Shown one piece after another: positions 12,301 to 23,700 of a stretch of 64,000 nt of DNA. The stretch is from Antedon mediterranea (lineage: Eukaryota > Animalia > Echinodermata), in the NCBI RefSeq assembly GCF_964355755.1, contig NC_092671.1:13764001-13828000 (forward strand). Direction: 5' to 3'. The notes beneath the pieces are model-generated. The model was not told the origin of the DNA. It did no database searches and saw only the letters and a program-made list of their open reading frames with translations. The translations under genes were made by a program, and so were the position numbers. Each line of letters opens with the position of its first letter. The stretch's first letter is position 1.

Positions 12301-14266
12301 TTGTTATTCAGAAACATGGATAGACTGGGACGCATTATATTTTTTCCCTATTAGGTTAAGGCAGAAACTATAGAGGGCTTGAATCCACACATGAATATTC
12401 GCAACTCAACGATCGATAGGAAAACAGGCTTTAACAACATCAAGAGAAAAATCGAATAAAAATATGTATATTTTTCAATACATTTACACTAAATTACCCA
12501 TTTTTTAGCACACGTTTATTAAGTTCATTTATTTTGCAATTAATCATCAAAATGAATGAAATCTACTACAAAAGGTGTGCAAAACGAAAAAAAATTTGAA
12601 CATTTTGAAATTCTCAAAATTACCTGAAATGTACGCGAAATTGATTAGAAATAATTTTTGCGCATTTTAAATTTTAAAATTTCGTGTGAAACACGCCATT
12701 TTTACTCCATAGAAAGTTGACCCATAATATGAATTATACTTTTATTTCATGGAAACATATTTGTTGGTTCTAAATGTATGATCAGCAGGTAATTCATAAA
12801 ATGGCGCGTAGCTTACGCTATGCGGCTCTGAAATCGTCGAAAAGCTTGGATGCACATCTACAATTCAAAGTCAATCTTCACCAAGTTATAAAACGATGCG
12901 CACAAAAATCGTTAAAAGAAAAAATAACAAAGAAGATGAAAAAAAAATCCTGGCATTCACAAGGGTTATCCACAACAAAAGTTGCAGATAACCAACAAGA
13001 GAAAAAAAGAAACAGGACAGTAGCAATGAGTTATCCATTATAGTGCGGATAGCGAATAACTAAAAAGAAACAGGACAGTAGCAATGAGTTATCCATTATA
13101 GTGCGGATAGCGAATAACTAAACAGAAACAGGACAGTAGCAATGAGTTATCCATTATAGTGCGGATAGCGAATAACTAAAAAGAAACAGGACAGTAGCAA
13201 TGAGTTATCCATTATAGTGCGGATAGCGAATAACTAAAAAGAAACAGGACAGTAGCAATGAGTTATCCATTATAGTGCGGATAGCGAATAACTAAACAGA
13301 AACAGGACAGTAGCAATGAGTTATCCATTATAGTGCGGATAGCGAATAACTAAACAGAAACAGGACAGTAGCAATGAGTTATCCATTATAGTGCGGATAG
13401 CGAATAACTAAACAGAAACAGGACAGTAGCAATGAGTTATCCATTATAGTGCGGATAGCGAATAACTAAACAGAAACAGGACAGTAACAAGGAGGTATCT
13501 CCGCTATAGTGTGGATAACAATCATTTAATGAAGAAAGAACAATACTTAAAATTGTTACGTTAATACAGGACAGTAACAAGGAGGTATCTCCGCTATAGT
13601 GTGGATAACAATCATTTAATGAAGAAAGAACAATACTTAAAACTGTTACGTTAAATAGTTTATGTCTACACTAACTTAATACCTTCACAGTTATCACCAG
13701 AAACCCAAGCTGGACAACTGCAAAAGTAGTTTTCTCTAATTGAGCTTTGAAAACACGTTCCTCCGTTGAGACATGGTTCAGATGAGCAGGACAACATAGC
13801 TGAAATACAATAGATATTATGGGCATATGCTTTTTAATTTGTATATGAACAAAACCTTACGATATGTATCTTTATATTCAGAAGCGTGTTATCAATTAAC
13901 ATTAAATACTGGTACGGTAAAAAACCTCTATTGCATGATTAGCTCTCTGGAATGCGGGCTGCAGTATAGTTAGTTTTACCTTTTACTGTACTATTTGTTT
14001 TGTATATAAATAAAACATTTTGGATCTTTCTATTCAAAAAGGTTAAACATCCTTTAGATAGACCTACTTTAGCTAATGATACTAACAGTAAATCATGGTT
14101 CATTAATTTAAATGACCTCTGTGCATAGGTATAATTGTTGGATGGAAATAATAATTAAATAATATAATTTTAATAATTTAAACTCACATTGTGCAGAAGT
14201 TAAATTTACAAGAAGAGCAGCAACAGTTATGCCACAAACTATGCGCATTGTTTGGTTTTCACTCAT
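567..14266 (-). CDS. Gene 2 (3'-partial, multi-exon): signal peptide followed by multiple EGF repeats
   Basis: Signal-peptide exon followed by about 17 open phase 1-1 EGF-type exons; no stop exon in the window. Confidence 0.85.
2073..2345 (-). mobile_element. Helitron-like 5' fragment (other copies 1673-1808, 3392-3656, remnant 481-495; related at ~6325, 9005, 11353)
   Basis: Minus strand reads A|TCTATATTATAATAGCACTAAGCC...CTATCTCCTCC, a 5'-TC start after host A; no 3' CTRR end seen. Confidence 0.55.
2366..2521 (-). mobile_element. 5'-truncated retro-insertion with (TTGA)n tail
   Basis: Interrupts the conserved intron unit; flanked by attta/attta; AATAAA followed by a microsatellite tail on the minus strand. 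Confidence 0.55.
5583..5633 (-). CDS. Gene 2 short exon encoding the C-terminal half of an 8-Cys EGF
   Basis: 51 nt, phase 1-1, [16 protein letters not shown], with GTAAGT donor and TAG acceptor. Confidence 0.5.
6455..6527 (+). pseudogene. tRNA-like sequence (degenerate, Asn-like), copy 1
   Basis: A box TGGTCTAATGG, B box AGTTCAAATC, anticodon arm TCTGC-ATATTAA-GCAGA, followed by a T run; acceptor and T stems mispaired. Confidence 0.6.
6637..13799 (-). CDS. Gene 2 six-Cys EGF exons: 13683-13799, 12125-12241, 9793-9909, 9322-9438, 7811-7927, 6637-6750
   Basis: 117-nt (one 114-nt) phase 1-1 exons, e.g. [37 protein letters not shown] and [37 protein letters not shown]. Confidence 0.87.
6771..7471. 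mobile_element. Non-autonomous TIR element (hAT-like termini); a related short element lies at ~17139-17302
   Basis: Ends cagggccgtagccagg / cctggctactggcctg; absent from the paralogous sites near 9456 and 11788; imperfect flanking repeat gatgg/gatag. Confidence 0.8.
8028..8278. mobile_element. MITE with ~30-bp TIRs (copies at ~10008-10248 and partial at ~12340)
   Basis: ttttcctattaggttaaggcagaaactata ... tatagtttctaccttaacctaataggaaaa. Confidence 0.7.
9139..9211 (+). pseudogene. tRNA-like sequence, copy 2
   Basis: As copy 1, with GTTCGAATC B box and downstream T6. Confidence 0.6.
11487..11559 (+). pseudogene. tRNA-like sequence, copy 3
   Basis: As copy 1. Confidence 0.6.
11663..11771 (-). 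pseudogene. Frameshifted EGF pseudo-exon
   Basis: Copy of 9322-9438 lacking 8 bp (cagttatc); 109 nt, last Cys lost, splice sites retained. Confidence 0.8.
13013..13654. repeat. 58-bp minisatellite (8 copies, 13013-13476) followed by a related 90-bp unit x2
   Basis: Unit caggacagtagcaatgagttatccattatagtgcggatagcgaataactaaa(a/c)agaaa, nearly invariant. Confidence 0.95.
14188..14266 (-). CDS. Gene 2 first coding exon (signal peptide)
   Basis: [26 protein letters not shown]: basic n-region, hydrophobic core, TSA-Q cleavage-like site; phase-1 GTGAGT donor compatible with the EGF exons. Alternative ATG at 14248. Confidence 0.8.
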
Positions 14267-14320
14267 ATAGTTCAGTAAGTTGAAAAACAAGCTGAAAATC
14301 ATACACATTTAGCTTACTCA

Positions 14321-14328
14321 TTTATATA
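14321..14328 (-). promoter_or_regulatory. Putative TATA box of gene 2
   Basis: TATATAAA on the minus strand about 55 nt upstream of the first ATG. AT-rich background lowers specificity. Confidence 0.45.
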
Positions 14329-14469
14329 AACTATAGGTAGTATTATACTGTCTGCCTGTAAGATGTTTGTTTCTGTTTTGAAATATAAATGGTTGACGAA
14401 CTTATAGTAATTAGGCCTATATATAAGCGTTCTCCAAATCTATATTGAAAGGATGTAAGATTGCTTTAA

Positions 14470-14894
14470 AGGCCAGGTGCGGTCAAAAAATTTCTATTGA
14501 TCATACATTCCAATCGATCGATCTATAGTTTCCCCTATGTTTCATAATTGTTGGGATTTTATTTGTGTTACACGAGCTTGTAGAAAACAAGCACTTTCTT
14601 ATCAGTGGGGGGATAGTTCAAATTACACAGTAAAATCTCTATTCTTTTGTACACAAATTTTGTAAATATAGAGGCATTTTAAAAAGCTATGAAAAGCAAA
14701 CGGTGTGGTAAAAAATGTTATCAGATGACTAAATATAGGTAATATAACTTGAATATAGCAGAATTTTGCCAAATCTTGTATTTGACCATTTTAAGGGAAA
14801 TTTATATTTTTTCGTCTTGATTCCTTTTACAAATACTTGATTTATGTACAATTAACCAGATATTATATTTAAAATTCATGCTTGTACCTGAGCT
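14470..14894. mobile_element. Kolobok-like MITE upstream of gene 2
   Basis: TTAA on both sides; imperfect TIRs aggccaggtgc / gtacctgagct. Confidence 0.55.
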
Positions 14895-15229
14895 TTAAGG
14901 CAACCAAACAGTGTATGGAATTCATGACAAACATTCTTTATAAATGTCTAATTTTTTTAAATATGTATACCATTTATAAACTTTGGCTTATGATAAAGGA
15001 AATTAAATTATGGTTTTAAACAATGATACATTAAATATTTGAATAAAGGAAAAAAGGAAATGTTTTTACCTTAGCCAGAATATCAAAACTATGTAAAAAT
15101 ACTCGGTTGTTCCTTGTGAATATAGGTAAGTCAGTCCTTATAATATCATTTACAAAATAGTAAAAGGACATGGCCGATCCCATATAATTATTGTCATTTA
15201 AATTATTGCAATATGCTTTAGTAAACACA

Positions 15230-18200
15230 AGTAATTGTAGCTGTGTTAATTTCAGATCCCAATTGTCATTTAAAATGTCTTTATGTTCACACAAAATATG
15301 CTATAAGCTCCACTAAACACCGATGGGCTAGTACTTAAGCGCCTTGAGCACTTTCGTGGATATGTGTGCTGTATAAATCTTATTATTATTTATTATTTAT
15401 TATTATTAACTCATGACCAGGTTACAATTGGCAACACCAGTGAAATGTACGATATTTACAATAATCAGGAACCATCATAAAGTACTGTACAACGTCTTGT
15501 TGCGATAATCTTCGGCGTACAATATAATAATGAAGTTATATATTCCAGATACGCACGATTATAATGTATAAATAAATATTTTTATGATAGAGTAGGGAAT
15601 TCGTTGAACAATTCATGATGTACGTTATTTATGGCAGGCGAACGAAAATTAGTCTACATTCATCTGTATGATGGATGAAACTAAGCACATACTACATAAA
15701 ACAAAATGTTTATTAATCTGTGTATCATATTATGTGTGGGTACATACAGTAGTAAATACACATAGAAAATAATCTATTTCATAAGTATACATTTCTGGGT
15801 AAAAGAATTAGGCCCTAGACAAGTTACATTTAATCAATATGCACCACCTAAATCACCAACAAAATAATATACTTTCTGCTTTCTTTGCCCGTAGGCTTGA
15901 TCGGGCGTTATCTACTGTTACCAGTAATATTTGTTCCATTTGTTCCACATTCCATAAACTAATAATATTTAGTAATTATTTTCAGTTAAAACCAAAAGTA
16001 AAAGTTAACAAAATTTAAAAAAACAATTATAAAACAATAAGTAAACATATAGTGTTGGTGTATGTAAGGTAATGTTGTATAAAAGTATTGTAATTTAATA
16101 ATTTGGACTTGGACTAAACTCACAAACCAATAAGTGCAAATTCTTCTTTATAATTTACTGGACCGCATAGTAAGGCAAATAAAATAAAATGAAAGGAAAC
16201 GCATTATTGTATAAAGAAACCTGAACTAAATAAATAAAATGTAAGTCTCTCTCGAAATTTCATATTGAATTTCAAAGTTTACTTCAAATACGATACAAAT
16301 ACCTTCTTTGCTATACAAAGTAAAAATTACGTTTGAGAGATACGTTTCTATAGTCACTAAAATGTTAAAAATGACAAGTTTATAGGGGAGCGTGCAGAAG
16401 ATCACCCTCCTCATCAAATATATAATAATATATTACCCGAAGGCTAAATAAAGAATGAGTGAATGAGCGGTTGCTCTGATTATGATTATTATTCTAGAGA
16501 AATGTGCCATAATTATCGAAGTTTTTTTAATCTAATATTAAATAGCATAGCATTTTGGCACTAAATTTTATTTTAAGAAATGACAAAGTACAATGAATAC
16601 ATTGGTTCAATGTGTGTGTGTGGTGGGACGAAGAATGAGAGTATAAATATGGCCTATTCTTTTCTGTAAGCATCAATAATAAGGAAACAAATTAGTAAAT
16701 TCATCGTGACCTGGTTGATTTTATGTTCATAAAAAGGTGAAACGAAACTATAGTGTGGGTATATGCAAAGTAATGTTGTATAAATGTATTGTAATTAAAT
16801 AATGGGACTTCTAAACTCACGAACCAACTAGTGCAAATTCTTCTTTAGAAGTTATTGGACCGCAGAGTACAAAATGAAATTAAACGCATTATGATTGTAT
16901 AAAGAAACCCGAACTAAATACAAGTGTAGGTCTCTCTCGAAATTTCATATTGAATTTCAAAGTTTACTTCAAATACAATACAAATACCTTCTGAAGGTAT
17001 TTGTATTCTTTGCTATACAAAGGAAAAATTACATTTGAGAGATACGTTTCTATAGTCACTAAAATGTTAAAAATTACAAGTTTTTAGAGGAGCGTGCAAA
17101 AAATCACCCTCTACTCTAATTATAATATCAGGTTTTCTAAGGCCGTAGCAAGAGGTTAAAAGCAGATGAGGCAAAGATGCTATAAATATAATTATATATA
17201 TAAAATATGACGATCTGTGTTGGAGAATTGGGGTGGGTGATAAAAATTGAAAATTTCAGATGAGGCGAGCGCCTCGTCTGCCTCATGCTGGCTACGGCCC
17301 TGTCTTTTATGCATCCAAGCCCCCACCACCTATTTTACCTGAAGATTGAAATTAACTATATAGGCCTACTAAACTAGTACCAGTTTCCGATGATTCGAGA
17401 TTTACAAATAATTCTGTTTTTTTAACCGTCCCGCATGGAAATTGATAGCTAACCTATAATGCTATGAAACGTTTTTAAAAAATGGAAAAACAAAATGCTA
17501 TATACCTTTACCTTAGAAAAGGAACAAGAATAGGCCTACTAAATGTGTTCTGCTGTTGTAATATGGTCACTGAAACTAACTATCATGTATATTTCCATTT
17601 CACTGATTAAACATTGGTATTAAAGAACCATTCGATTGAATACGACAGATCTCAATTGTCATTTACAATGTCTTTATGTTTACACGAAATAAGTGCTATA
17701 AGCTCCACTAAACACCGATGGGCTAGTACTTCACCCATGTTCTGGTTTCAATTGGCGTACAATAGACAATGAAGTTATATATTCCAGATACGCACTATTA
17801 TAAATAAATTTTAAGAAGCTCAATGAGCTGTAGTGCTAGTGCTATGTTTGTTGATAACCATGTTCCCTCCTTCTATGAGTACATTCGGAAATCAATTTTT
17901 TGTTTCAAAACAAAAATTGAAAAAAGCTGTAATACTTTAATTACATGTGTTTTTTCTCGTATTCTAAAAGATTAAAAGTTGCATAGAAAATGGATAGAAC
18001 TTTTGTATATATAATCTCATACTTTTACGTACTATTATCAGTATAGCCATAATAATGTGTTGTTTTGTAAACTATAGTAATCAATAATATAATAATGTCT
18101 ACAGTCTACATCCAATAAATCCCAAAACATAATCCACATGTATTTTAAGAGGCACTATATGTCAACAAATAATTATTAGTCCTCTCTCCATGACGGTTGT

Positions 18201-19830
18201 CACATAATGCTTTGTATTATTTTTTATTGTATTTATATGTTTTATATGGACAGTTTGTCTGAAATAAAGTTGAATTGAATTGAAATGTTTTTATGATAGG
18301 GTAGGGAATGCTTTCCAGTTGTTTTTAAAATCCGAATTTCTTTACGTTGAACCATTCATGACGTACGTTATTTATGGCAGGAAAACTACATTCATCTGTA
18401 TGATGGATGAAACTAAGCACATTGGTTCGTCTTATCGTCGATCAAGAGCTTCTCTCGTCCAGTGCCCACCCTGACCACAGAGAAAAGACAATGCCATAAG
18501 AGTCAGCAGTGCTGATTTCAAATGTCTGATGACACCCCAGCTAGCTTCATTTGTCTAACAGAACTCGATATTGCCAGATGGTCTCCCATCCAAGCTCTAA
18601 ACGTTGCTTTACTCGATCCGAATTAAAACATTGTGCACTAGTGCACTATTTAGTAACATTAAAAGGAATGGACTGGACAGTCATTAAAAGTAATTAAGTA
18701 ATTTAATCTATTTTAGTGTTAAACTTGGCTTTCTGAATGTGAATCCTTTTACTGTTTTTACATATTTTATTATTGTGTTTTGTATGCATTTGCGTGTAAC
18801 TAGTTATATTGTATTTTTTAACCTTGGAATACGAATTTCAATTACTATGTAGTTGACAGTAAATTTTAACGTGAACTTTGAACTTTCTTTCAGTATTGCT
18901 CTTTGGAAACCCAGTCATATTGAGTGACCACGGAAAAATTGAAATGGGACATGGATTAGGCAATGCAAATCGTCTTTGAATTCAAGATTTTCAAGTCCGG
19001 AATGTATTTTACATCAGTTTGGAACTACTTAAAATAGAAAATGTCTGTAGGCTATTTGGCATACGGTATACTCATTTGAAGACTGTTTTTTATATTTGTT
19101 ATTATTATGTATTCACATTTAAGAAAAAAATAAAATACTGTAGGCTACTACATAAAAACAAAATGTTTATTAATCTGTGTATCATATTATGTGTGGGTAC
19201 ATACAGTAGTAAATACACATTAGGCCTTAGAAAAGTTACATTTAATCAATATGTACCCCCTAAATCACCAACAAAATAATATACTTTCTGCTTTCTGAGA
19301 GGACGTTACTTACGGCGTTACCTACTGTTACCAGTAATATTTATTGATAAAATTACAGAAAACATTCCCTAAACTAATAATATTTAGTAATTATTTTCAG
19401 TTAAAACCAAATGTAAAAGTGTTTTTTATATTTGCTATTATGTATTCACATAAAAAAAAAAAAATACTGTAGGCTACTACATAAAAATAAAATGTTTATT
19501 AATCTGTGTATCATATTATGTGTGGGTACATACAGTAGTAAATACACATAGAAAATAATCTATTTCATAAGTATACATTTCTGGGTAAAAGAATTAGGCC
19601 CTAGACAAGTTACATTTAATCAATATGCACCACCTAAATCACCAACAAAATAATATTCTTTCTGCTTTCTTTGCCAGTAGGCTTGAGAGGGCGTTATCTA
19701 CTGTTACCAGTAATATGTGTTGATAAACATTCCATAAACTAATAATATTTAGTAATTATTTTCAGTTAAAACCAAATGTAAAAGTAAACAAAATTTAAAA
19801 AAAAACAATAATAAAACAATAAGTAAACAT
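15230..19830. repeat. Patchwork duplications between the two genes
   Basis: 15690-16050 ~ 19150-19420 ~ 19480-19830; 16050-16410 ~ 16750-17110; 15250-15340 ~ 17645-17730. Confidence 0.85.
18475..18620 (-). mobile_element. 5S-rRNA-derived (SINE3-like) fragment
   Basis: Minus strand ttagagcttggatgggagaccatctggcaatatcgagttctgt resembles the 5S box C region (gtacttggatgggagaccgcctgggaatacc); degenerate and incomplete. Confidence 0.55.
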
Positions 19831-20315
19831 ATGTTTAAAGAGTCCTTTGATTACGATCGTCATATTATATATATTTGATTAATAATTGTTGTGTCCATTG
19901 TTTGATGCTCATATGTTTGAAATCTTGACTGGTAAGACAGAAAATCTTGACTGGGCAGACAGAAAATCTTGAAATGTTAATCAATTGTGTGTACTATGTA
20001 TTGAATTTTGTTACCGCACTAAATTTGAGTAGGGACGGGGATGTGGTTCGGGGAGGAGAAAAAAGGCACTGCTATCGAAATGAAAAATACTAATCTAGTA
20101 ATAAAGCAAGTTAGTTTCTCGATATAGTTACGTCAAAGGTTACATTTTGCTTAGAGAGAACTTTTTTGATTAAAAGTAAAGAAACCCTTGTAAATGTTCT
20201 GTTGAGTACAACCACCAACTTTAAAGTTTTCTTGCATATCGACTTATTGTAATACATAATTTCTAAATATACTTGCCCAAAAACACTAAATAGTGCCTTC
20301 TTAATGTCTAACTCA

Positions 20316-20754
20316 CTAAGCATGTCTGGTTTGGCTACTTGACGGGTTAGTGCCAAGTTCTAGGCTACCCTGAGAAGTGGAAGGCAGCTCATTTGTCCCA
20401 GTCACGATCATACAAACATTTTTCCAGTAATTTCTAACTTCTTTATTTCTAACACAATACATCACAAAAACGAGAAAGCCCTGCAGTGTGTTAAAGATAC
20501 AGAATAATAGGTTGTTGATTCTGGAAGCCTCTCCAATCGCAAAGAACCCAAAAAGCCATGTTAAGCCCATTACCAATGTGATACTAATTGCATTTTGCAG
20601 CATACGAATTCCATCATTTTTCTTTTGCCTTTGAAACTTTCCATGTTGGGACAAGCTATGCATCACCAGAATAAACACTGTTGCGTTGAATAGCAGTGCA
20701 ATAGCCACAGGAACAGCAACACTCACATACATTCGACTCAAGACCAAAAAACAA
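20316..20754 (-). CDS. Gene 1 last coding exon: TM5-TM7 and cytoplasmic tail
   Basis: CFLVLSRMYVSVAVPVAIALLFNATVF...LVMGLTWLFGFF...LFCIFNTLQGFLVFVMYC matches aGPCR TM6/TM7 (LGLTW.FG, FNSLQG); acceptor AG at 20755-20756; stop at 20316-20318. Confidence 0.95.
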
Positions 20755-23700
20755 CTGGGAAGAGAGATAATCCATTTATATACTTTGAGCAAAAATGAGT
20801 TCCATACAAAACAAATCTATAAATACGTTACAAACACTTGATTTTGCAAAATAAGTTATTTATAAACATCACATTTTTGCCGCAATATGATTCATTTTGT
20901 ACATAATTTACATTTTTTTACTTTAAAATAAAATTTAATGACAACATAGATCGACATTTCGAAACCATTTGAATTTGACTGATAATAAATTATATAATAT
21001 TACTGTATTTTTGTAAAATTATGGTACATTACTTACTGGTTATTTTCATCTACATATTCATCAACATTCACAAAGATTGTGGCCAAAACAATAACAGCTG
21101 GTGTACCTGTAAGAGACCATTTTTATTTCAAGACTCAAAACCCACTACTGTGACTATTGCTTACTGTATGTTTTGTGAATGACATAGCAAGTTTATTTAC
21201 CTGATTGAAAGTAAATATTTAAACTCACCCCATGCAAAAAGAATAGATTTTAAAAGAAAATTGGAAACATGGGAATTCAACACTTTCACAAACAGGTAAT
21301 ACATCATTACAGCTTGCACGGTCATCCAGAAGATTGAAGAAAGCAGAAAGTAATGCAATATCGCCCCCACAGCAGTACACCCATATTCATTGCGCTTGTT
21401 TTGGTCGATTCCTACAAGAAACACGATGTACAGACACAGCAATGAGGCACATAAATTACACAGGATTTTCTTTGGTTCAGCCTTTCTTAAATTTCTAAAA
21501 TAAATGGTACAAAATCATATTTAGAAAACAAATGTAAACATGTTAATAATTAAAATTATTAATATATTTTAAAAACGATAAATCAATGAAAATAATGTAT
21601 AGCTGTATAGATAATTCTTATGATTATCTAGGACAAGTAGAAATGGTCTAGCTTAAGAAGTTAAGAAAAGGGAAGGGCTCTATACATAAATGTATATTTT
21701 TCAAAGGATATTCCATATACTTACCTATTAGCTAAGAATGTTAATAATGTGATGCTAAGCCCTGTTATCGATAGAGCTAAACCTATTTTGGTGACTAATT
21801 CAAGAACTGGATCATCGTCATGAGGGTAAAAATCCTATAAAGACAGTAAATTGGCTTTAGAAAAGATAACTTAAAAACATAGAAACACGGTTCAATGTTC
21901 TGTTATTTATAGAATGTAATTACAAGAATGGAAAATTAAGAAAAGATGTTATATATACATGAATTAAATTATTGTACCATAAGAACAGCAAAATTAGTGA
22001 GATGATTGCAATTACAGTACTGTCTATCTCTACCATCAAGGGATCCACTAATGAGAACACATCCCTCACTTGACCACCCTCCAATACCATTCTCCAATGC
22101 AAAATCCCAAAAAACACATTCAGTGTTATCGTTTTCCTCAGTTATCTACAAAAGAAGAATGCCTACAGTATACTATGACAATTAACATCTTGGTTTTAGG
22201 GTTACTTTCTCTTGAGCAAAGATATTTAAACTTTCATGAGCTTAATGTGTGGTTATAAAATAACATCCAATGATTTATTATTTTCAAAAACCACACCCAA
22301 ATTAAAATCTTCTCTGTACCGTATTCCTAAACTGTAATAATTTTAAAAAGTTAATTTAGAAGACAACAATTTGAATATTTTTCAGTTTTAATCAGTTTTA
22401 AATAATTCTTTAAATCTTTTTTTAGTAATATTCAAAATTACCTCTGCTGGAATGAATGTGGTTGTGAGTGGCTCAGATAAAGAAATTGAATCTGGTGTGT
22501 CTGGTACTGAGAATGAAATAACTGGACCATTGGGTCTCCGCTTCGAACTGTCATATTGAGGTGACTGAAATAGCCTACTATTCCGGTATGCAATAACAAC
22601 AACCCGAAAATTATCACTGCCTAAATTGAACAATAACAAATACGTTGAGCCAAAAAACAACAAAATAAATTAATGAAACATACTGACCATGGAATTATGA
22701 ATATACAAACACTGACCATTTTTATTCATAATTTCTGATGTGATAATTGGTGGTAATTCAATAGAAACTTGGACATCATCAGGCACCATATTTCCTTGTA
22801 AAGTTGTGACATCTTCCAGGCCATTTAAACCATCTGTTGACCCATATGCTAATCCAGTGCTGCTTACATCATCAGTATTTAACATCTGTCCAAGCACTGC
22901 AACATTCATCATACTTTCTTTGTAAACACCATCTTGTAGTCCAACTTGCCCGATCTGTTTTTCTAGTGACACAAGAATGCTTGTTGGTGCTTGCGACATC
23001 ATTTGACTTTCCATCAAAATCTCTTCACCTATACTAAACAGGTTATCTACTGAACCAACCATTGATGATGTCACCTAATATTGATATTTAACAAAGAAAT
23101 GTATTTAGTTTTCTAGCCTTATGCCACTTTTCCATTACTGAACTGCAGTACAATGAAATTATGAGGATTTGAAATTGTACTAAAGAAGTTTTATATAGGA
23201 TTCTTTATCACAAATTTTTATATTGAAAAAAGCTTTAGAAAATGTTACTTCAAAATTGTAGAAGGAAAACAGGGAAGACAAGATGATCATTTTTTCTTTA
23301 TTACTTTTAAATTGGTTGTAATTGTAATAGTATTTTAATGCGACATTTATATAGCGTTATTTCATGAAGATCAGAGCGCTGTGGACTTAGATGTTACCCT
23401 TTCAAAAACATTCTTCTCCCCTAAGGGTCACATTGTGTCATAGGCAGCCAACTACGGCGCCATTACGTCTGTCCACGACAGTGTGTGTGTGTGTGTGAAC
23501 TAGTACACCGGGGTAACCCCCTACTCATTAACTAATTGTACAACTACATAAAACTAACCACTGTAGAGTTTGAATTAACAGACACAATATCCTGCAGAAT
23601 AACAGCTGTACTTTCAAGTGCACTGTCTGTGATCTCATCAGTTCTCAAAGTTATGTTGTACACATCCTCACTTACAATCTCAACATTATATTCTGTTACA

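Larger units (their letters stand above)
6217..12450. repeat. Three tandem ~2.0-2.7-kb segmental duplications, each with two EGF exons, a tRNA-like sequence and a MITE
   Basis: Homologous exons at 7811/9793/12125 and 6637/9322/11663 with near-identical introns; length differences are due to insertions. Confidence 0.92.

Noticed and set aside
13013-13476. CRISPR-like appearance of the regular repeat
   Set aside because: Head-to-tail identical units with no unique spacers, no cas genes, and a eukaryotic context.
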